DNA of 61,796 nucleotides, filler included, from Myxococcota bacterium (GTDB lineage Bacteria; Myxococcota_C; UBA6777), in NCBI GenBank assembly GCA_023150835.1. It is 3 parts of 3 records of this genome, joined end to end, with 100 filler letters (N's around TTAATTAATTAA, not from the genome) between each part and the next. Parts side by side here need not be neighbours in the genome. Positions count along the whole stretch, not along the records: positions 42,302 to 61,796 come from JAKLKB010000158.1; 2 more parts are not named here. One strand, 5' to 3'. Below, in pieces: positions 56,951-61,796 of the stretch (positions are counted from its first letter, which is position 1; each line of letters opens with the position of its first letter). A model generated the notes under the pieces. That model worked only from the letters and a program-made list of their open reading frames with translations. It was not told the DNA's origin and did not search any database. The translations under genes were made by a program, and so were the position numbers.

Positions 56951-57122
56951 TGGGGGCTGCCCCTACATTTGGGCGCACACAATGGGCGGATTTCGTATTA
57001 TATGAAATCCGCAAGATGTGTGATCGAAGGATCGTGCGTAGATGCCCTACGGTTGGGCAGCCACAGGGGGCTGCCCCTACATTTGGGCGCACACAATGGG
57101 CGGATTTCGTATAAGTCCGATG

Positions 57123-57650
57123 TTAATTCAATAATTCCCCGCTGCTTTGGGGATTTTGATCGTGTTCTTGTTCTGTTGGTGCGCCTGTGAACCAGAGGGG
57201 CTGTTCGGGTCCGAGTTTTTTGAGGATATCGAGTTGTTCGAAGCGGTACCCTGTTTCAGCAAAGAACAGGCTGTTGTGGTCGTTGCTGCGCTGCGCGATG
57301 AAAAGGATGGGATCGCCATTGCGGTTGTAGCCGAGCTGGATCAGTGCATTTTTCGGAAATTTGCCGTCAGGTGTCGAGAGTTCTTCGCGCAGAAAATAAA
57401 ACCCCTGATCGAGAAGGGGTTGAAGAGCGGCGAGAAAAGCGTCGTCGTTTTCGATGCCGGGGCCTTGTTCGTGAAAGTTCCAGACGTTGTGCGTATTTTC
57501 GCGGGGTAGCTGCAACATCGGGATATCTCGGTTGGAATGGTTGTGAAACATGACCAAAATTCCCGCAGGGATATCGGTTTCTTGGCCTTTGAGGGCGCGG
57601 CCTGTTCGATAAAGTCCGCAGGGCGGGAGTGTTGTCTTTCCTTTGCTCAT
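57123..57650 (-). CDS. Hypothetical protein (175 aa)
   Basis: AAGGA RBS before MSKGK; globular-looking sequence (LPPCGLYRT..FHNHS..QLGYNRNG.PILF). Confidence 0.75.
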   Translation of the reverse strand: MSKGKTTLPPCGLYRTGRALKGQETDIPAGILVMFHNHSNRDIPMLQLPRENTHNVWNFHEQGPGIENDDAFLAALQPLLDQGFYFLREELSTPDGKFPKNALIQLGYNRNGDPILFIAQRSNDHNSLFFAETGYRFEQLDILKKLGPEQPLWFTGAPTEQEHDQNPQSSGELLN

Positions 57651-57785
57651 GGTGTTTTCCTTGTGGAGGGGGTGGCGTTGTACGAGAGGCTTTTGCTTGG
57701 TCGGTCTCTGCGTCGTTTGGTTGTGACTTTGGGTGGGGCTTGTGGCGTGGGATGTCAAGGAAAAACAGGTGAGAGAGGGCAGCGG

Positions 57786-58592
57786 TTATCGGCAGGAAAC
57801 GACTTGGCATCCTGAGACGCGTTGGCCTGAGCCGTTGATGTTGCCGATGATGATTCTTTGGGTCATGTTGGAGCCGCAATTGCCGTTGGAAAGGATTCTG
57901 GCGGAGGTCAGGTCGGAGTGGAGGGCGGAGCCTGTGGCTTGGTAGCGGACACATCGGCGGTTGTAGCCGTAGCTACCTGTGCAGATCCGATAATATCCGA
58001 CTGAGTTGCACAGCCATTGTCGGCCTTGTTGGTTGGTTTGAGGCGAGGGGGATGCAGATGTCGGATACATGGGAAGAATCGTGGAACGATCGGTTTTGGT
58101 TTGCGGAGGGAGATATCTTTCTTGAGCGAGCTTTTTGACGAGCGGATGCTGGTAGTCGTAGATCTCGGCCACGACGAAAAGATATCCGTTTTGAACTTCG
58201 GCCACAAAGGCCGAGAGATTGGGGCCAAACTGCATCTGAAAAGTGTTGGTCTCGGAGGTCGGTAGCCACCGTTCAGAGGGGGTTTTTTTCCATGCTTGCA
58301 TCAAACCTTGGCGCAAAGCGTCGATGGCTGCTTTGAGTGGGATCGGTTGGTTGGCGTATATGTGTTTGGGGACGCCACGATAGCGGACGCTTGCGACGCC
58401 TTGGATGAAAAAGAAGACTTCTTCGATGCCGTTGCCGATGCTTTTGCGTTGGGGCGGGTAGTCGGGATGGCAAGGGATCTGTGTGTAGCCCGGGATACCG
58501 CAATCAGTCGTTGCATGGGCTGTTTGTGAAAGGAGCAAGCCCCCAAGGAAAGCCAAGGCGAAAGCCCGAAGAAAGCGAAGTGTTTTGCGCAT
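57786..58592 (-). CDS. Secreted hypothetical protein with a Cys-containing C-terminal module (268 aa)
   Basis: Signal peptide MRKTLRFL..AHA; five Cys in the last ~75 aa. Confidence 0.7.
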   Translation of the reverse strand: MRKTLRFLRAFALAFLGGLLLSQTAHATTDCGIPGYTQIPCHPDYPPQRKSIGNGIEEVFFFIQGVASVRYRGVPKHIYANQPIPLKAAIDALRQGLMQAWKKTPSERWLPTSETNTFQMQFGPNLSAFVAEVQNGYLFVVAEIYDYQHPLVKKLAQERYLPPQTKTDRSTILPMYPTSASPSPQTNQQGRQWLCNSVGYYRICTGSYGYNRRCVRYQATGSALHSDLTSARILSNGNCGSNMTQRIIIGNINGSGQRVSGCQVVSCR

Positions 58593-58752
58593 ATTTCCCT
58601 CTTTGGAGCGGTGTTGGCCCCTGCACAAAGCAACCCACGCGACGCGAGTTTGTTTGCGAGGGGGAAAAGGTCGGATGATGTAGGTGATCGGTACGTTAGA
58701 GGAAGAGGCGGATGGGGTCAAGGGATTTTTTGTGATGTTTTTGAGAGGGGGG

Positions 58753-61578
58753 TCAAGGAGACGGGAGCTTTTCAAAGGCGTTGAGGGCGATCACGAGTTC
58801 AAAGTGAAGGGGAGGGGCTTTGGGATCGAAGCCGAGCAGATCGGCCATGAGGATGATCAGCCCGTCGCGTTCGATGCCAGCGACCTGTGTGGCGATGGCG
58901 ATCAGCTCTTCGAGGACGATACGGCAGCGCATCTCTCCGTTGGAGATAGCGGTGGGTCGGTTGTTTGCGTCGCGTTCGAGGGAGAAAGATATCTGGAGAT
59001 CTTGGAGTCCGAGCGCACCGAGTTCGTTGTCGGCTTTGTCGAAGATCAAGAGGCGATAGAGGCGTTTTTGTGCGGAATAGGTGGGTTTTCCGTTGGTGGT
59101 CTCGATCTTACCGTCGTCGAGGGAGTCGGTGGTGTCGGGGTCAGGGAGACCATTGTTGTTGTGGTCAGTGCCGATGCGCCATGCAGGATCGGTCTTTCCG
59201 TCGGGGACGCTTTCTTTGGGCAGGGCGAACATCAGGGTGGGGATAAAAGAGCCGACGATAGTTTTGATGGCGGGATTTTCGGGTTTTTTGAGGGCAAGGT
59301 CTTTTTGGTTGACGCGCCAAACGACGGGAGGTTGGGGGTCGAGCCAGCCGTCTTTGATCTCGCCCGAAGATTTTTTAAGGAGTTTTTCCGCTTGTTCGTC
59401 GCGGCGTGTCCAAAAAAATCCAGTCGAAGTTTCCCACAGGTATCCGAAGGGGTAAGAAGTGAGGCTTTTGCGTTGGGTGATCAGGATCTCGGGTGGGTAG
59501 CGGTAGATATCTTTTTCGATGGTTTTGACGAGAGCGATGGCTTTTTGAGAGAGTGCCTTGGCTTGATCGATCAGGGTGCGCGCTTTCTCTCGTTCGGATC
59601 TTCGGGTATTTTCGTCTGGGGCTGCACCTTTTCCTCCGTCTGTGCGACCAAGGCGACAAGAACGCACCGCATCATAAAGCAGACGAGTGTGCTGGACGCG
59701 CCAAACAAACAACTGCAAGGTGGCGCGGAGTTCTTGTGAGAGCTTTTGTGCGACGGGATGGGATATTTGAGTGTCAGGTAGTTTGGCAAACAGCGCATTG
59801 TAGGCGGTTTCCATCTCGGTCAGTCGTTTCCATTGGCCGCCTTCCCATGTTTTGTAATCGGCTTCGGGGAGATCGTAGATCTCGCGGAAGGGGCGTTTGG
59901 GGCTGCGTGCCAAGATCCCCGCAGATTGGCCGATCTCATCTTGGGGAAGTTCACCTGCGATGTAAAAGATCATCTCAGGTATCGGTCCGTAGAGGTCGTC
60001 GACTTGGCGCTTTGTCCAGTCTTTGAGCACTTGAGCGATCTTGGGAGCGTTGTCTGATCCGAAGTATCGGGAGAAATCGTCAAGGTAAGCTTCCCATGTG
60101 GTGCTACGATCCCACGTCACGCGGGTGAGGTAATGGTCGTACATCCAATAACCCCACTCCATGCCCGTTGTGAAGGTGACGTGTCCGTCGATGTCTTTTC
60201 CTGCGAGGACTTCGAGGATATCGAGCGCACGCGAATAACCCGTGATCGGTAGAGCAAGCGGGAGATTGTTGTCAAACCCCAGCCACCAAGCGGTTTCGGG
60301 GAAATACACGATGGGGCGTTTTGCGTAGACGCGATCGAAAAAATCTTTTTGGTGGTTGAAGTGGGTGTTTCCGTAGACAGGGGCGGGATGCTTGAGATCG
60401 TAAAACATGGTGGTGTGCAGATAAGCGCCCATCTCTGGGACCGAGCGTTCGGGAAGATGGAAATAATAGCTTTTGTTGTCGTCGGCCTTGAGTTTTCCTT
60501 CGGTGTGGATCCAAGCGTAGACACGGAGTTTTTTGGCGGCGAGGTGTTTGGCTGCGGTATCGAGCCAGTGAAGGGCGACTTGATCGCGGACTTTGGTGAA
60601 TTCGCTGGTTCCGAATTGGAGGACGAACAGAGAAAAGCCGCCTTGGGCCAGCTCGTCGAGTCCTGCGGTGATCGCTTTGGCTTGATCTTCTTTGGATTGG
60701 GTGAGGTCATCGAGGAGCTTGAAGTTGTTTTGCTGTTGATCGGCAAAGCTGAGTGTGATCGCAAGCATCACGCCGTAGCTTTGGGCGATATCGGCGATCT
60801 TTTTGATATAAGGGAGCCAACGTGAACGGTCGATGGTTTTGAGCATGTGAAAGCCGAGGACGTTTTGGCGGTTGGCTGCGAGCCATTGGAGATATTCGCG
60901 CACGCGGGGGAGGTGGGCTTCGTCGGGTTCGAGCAGATAAACAGACAGGGGGATGGGATGTTGGGTGTGGTGATGGAACCCGCGCAAGGCGTATCCCGGC
61001 TTTTCGGTGAGGGCTTCGCCGATCTTGAGGGTGATATCGGTGCGTTTGGGGATGTAGGTTTGCCCGGGATGAGGGAAACGAACGCCGAGGTTACGCAAAA
61101 AAGCGTAGGCTCCGTATTGTACGCCCCCGACGCTTGGTGAGGCGATCTGGAAGATGCGTTGGTTTCCGATGTGTCGTCCGCGTTGGGTGTAAGATTCGGA
61201 ACCAAGTGTAGCGATATCTTCTTTGCGTAGAGGTTCTTGTTTGAGCAAAGCTTGTCCGAGCAGCAGGAGCTTTTTTTCAGAAAAGGTGCTTGCGTCGGTA
61301 TCGGGGGCGATGGCTTGGGGATCAGGGAAGGAGACGCCCGTCATCTCGGTGAGGGTCTTGCTTAGAAAACGGGCGGCTTCTTGGATGCCTTCGCCTGCGT
61401 TGTTGGGATAGAGGATGCGGAGGTCGGCTTTCCCGTCTTGGAGGATCGGAACGTCTTCGATGGTTTCGTTGCATCCGACAAAAGAAGCACATAGAAAGCA
61501 CGAAACCAGCCAACCAACGGTCCAACGAGAAAGTCGTGAAGTCCTGTAAGGGCTGGCCGAGGTTTGGGGGTGAGGCAT
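58753..61578 (-). CDS. Large lipoprotein, glycoside-hydrolase-like architecture (941 aa)
   Basis: Lipobox FVGC. AA.FL...L.EMTG, ESY and GVQYGAY.FLRNLGVRF resemble the N-terminal domain of GH20/GH67-type enzymes. RGFHHHTQHP begins a probable TIM barrel. Confidence 0.65.
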   Translation of the reverse strand: MPHPQTSASPYRTSRLSRWTVGWLVSCFLCASFVGCNETIEDVPILQDGKADLRILYPNNAGEGIQEAARFLSKTLTEMTGVSFPDPQAIAPDTDASTFSEKKLLLLGQALLKQEPLRKEDIATLGSESYTQRGRHIGNQRIFQIASPSVGGVQYGAYAFLRNLGVRFPHPGQTYIPKRTDITLKIGEALTEKPGYALRGFHHHTQHPIPLSVYLLEPDEAHLPRVREYLQWLAANRQNVLGFHMLKTIDRSRWLPYIKKIADIAQSYGVMLAITLSFADQQQNNFKLLDDLTQSKEDQAKAITAGLDELAQGGFSLFVLQFGTSEFTKVRDQVALHWLDTAAKHLAAKKLRVYAWIHTEGKLKADDNKSYYFHLPERSVPEMGAYLHTTMFYDLKHPAPVYGNTHFNHQKDFFDRVYAKRPIVYFPETAWWLGFDNNLPLALPITGYSRALDILEVLAGKDIDGHVTFTTGMEWGYWMYDHYLTRVTWDRSTTWEAYLDDFSRYFGSDNAPKIAQVLKDWTKRQVDDLYGPIPEMIFYIAGELPQDEIGQSAGILARSPKRPFREIYDLPEADYKTWEGGQWKRLTEMETAYNALFAKLPDTQISHPVAQKLSQELRATLQLFVWRVQHTRLLYDAVRSCRLGRTDGGKGAAPDENTRRSEREKARTLIDQAKALSQKAIALVKTIEKDIYRYPPEILITQRKSLTSYPFGYLWETSTGFFWTRRDEQAEKLLKKSSGEIKDGWLDPQPPVVWRVNQKDLALKKPENPAIKTIVGSFIPTLMFALPKESVPDGKTDPAWRIGTDHNNNGLPDPDTTDSLDDGKIETTNGKPTYSAQKRLYRLLIFDKADNELGALGLQDLQISFSLERDANNRPTAISNGEMRCRIVLEELIAIATQVAGIERDGLIILMADLLGFDPKAPPLHFELVIALNAFEKLPSP

Positions 61579-61620
61579 GGGTTTGCGGCTCCGTGTGTTG
61601 GTGGAATGAGGGTGATGTTG

Positions 61621-61754
61621 TTGGTTTGTTTGGTTTGTTTGGTTTGTTTGGTTTGTTTGGTGTGTTTGGTTTGTTTGGTTTGTTTGGTTTATTTGGTTTG
61701 TTTGGTTTGTTTGGTTTGTTTGGTTTGTTTGGTTTGTTTGGTTTGTTTGGTTTG
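61621..61754. repeat. Tandem 9-mer TTGGTTTGT (about 15 copies)
   Basis: Directly visible; ends at a TGGGGGCTTTGCCCCA hairpin. Confidence 0.95.
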
Positions 61755-61796
61755 TGGGGGCTTTGCCCCATACGCGCCTTGTTAAGGTGGAAACAC
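61755..61796 (+). repeat. Family A hairpin plus start of a family C element (window end)
   Basis: GGGGCTTTGCCCCATACGCGCCTTGTTAAGGTGGAAAC matches 32258-32295. Confidence 0.75.

Noticed and set aside
61322-61785. (PNK)n and (LVC)n ORFs
   Set aside because: Translations of the 9-mer microsatellite.

Overview
This is a bacterial window, probably Myxococcota judging by a MYXO-CTERM-like tag, a TraB-like OmpA protein, Cys-rich lipoproteins and tandem ExbD/TolR genes. It is three contigs joined by artificial N-TTAATTAATTAA-N linkers (27034-27133, 42202-42301), so synteny across those gaps cannot be trusted. Ordinary genes include zwf-pgl-gnd, RlmI- and RlmM-like methyltransferases, proline dehydrogenase, a B12 radical SAM enzyme, alpha-2-macroglobulin, and M14 and M20 peptidases. 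The main highlights are: (1) an RNA-repair-type operon (ligase, HD-Pnk, Rnl2-like ligase) whose last gene is reached through two ATGA-coupled mini-ORFs that copy its own N-terminus; (2) a MoxR-type AAA+ ATPase paired with a HEAT/HExxH/HTH-like/vWA protein; (3) two paralogous signal-peptide-less proteins with a shared leader and N-terminal domain but different C-termini, plus a signal-less two-domain peptidoglycan hydrolase (candidate effectors); (4) three non-coding dispersed repeat families, in which a 235-bp element always sits at the GGGGC/GCCCC hairpins of the other two. No tRNA, rRNA, CRISPR array or transposase was recognised. All calls come from reading motifs by eye; no database searches were run.
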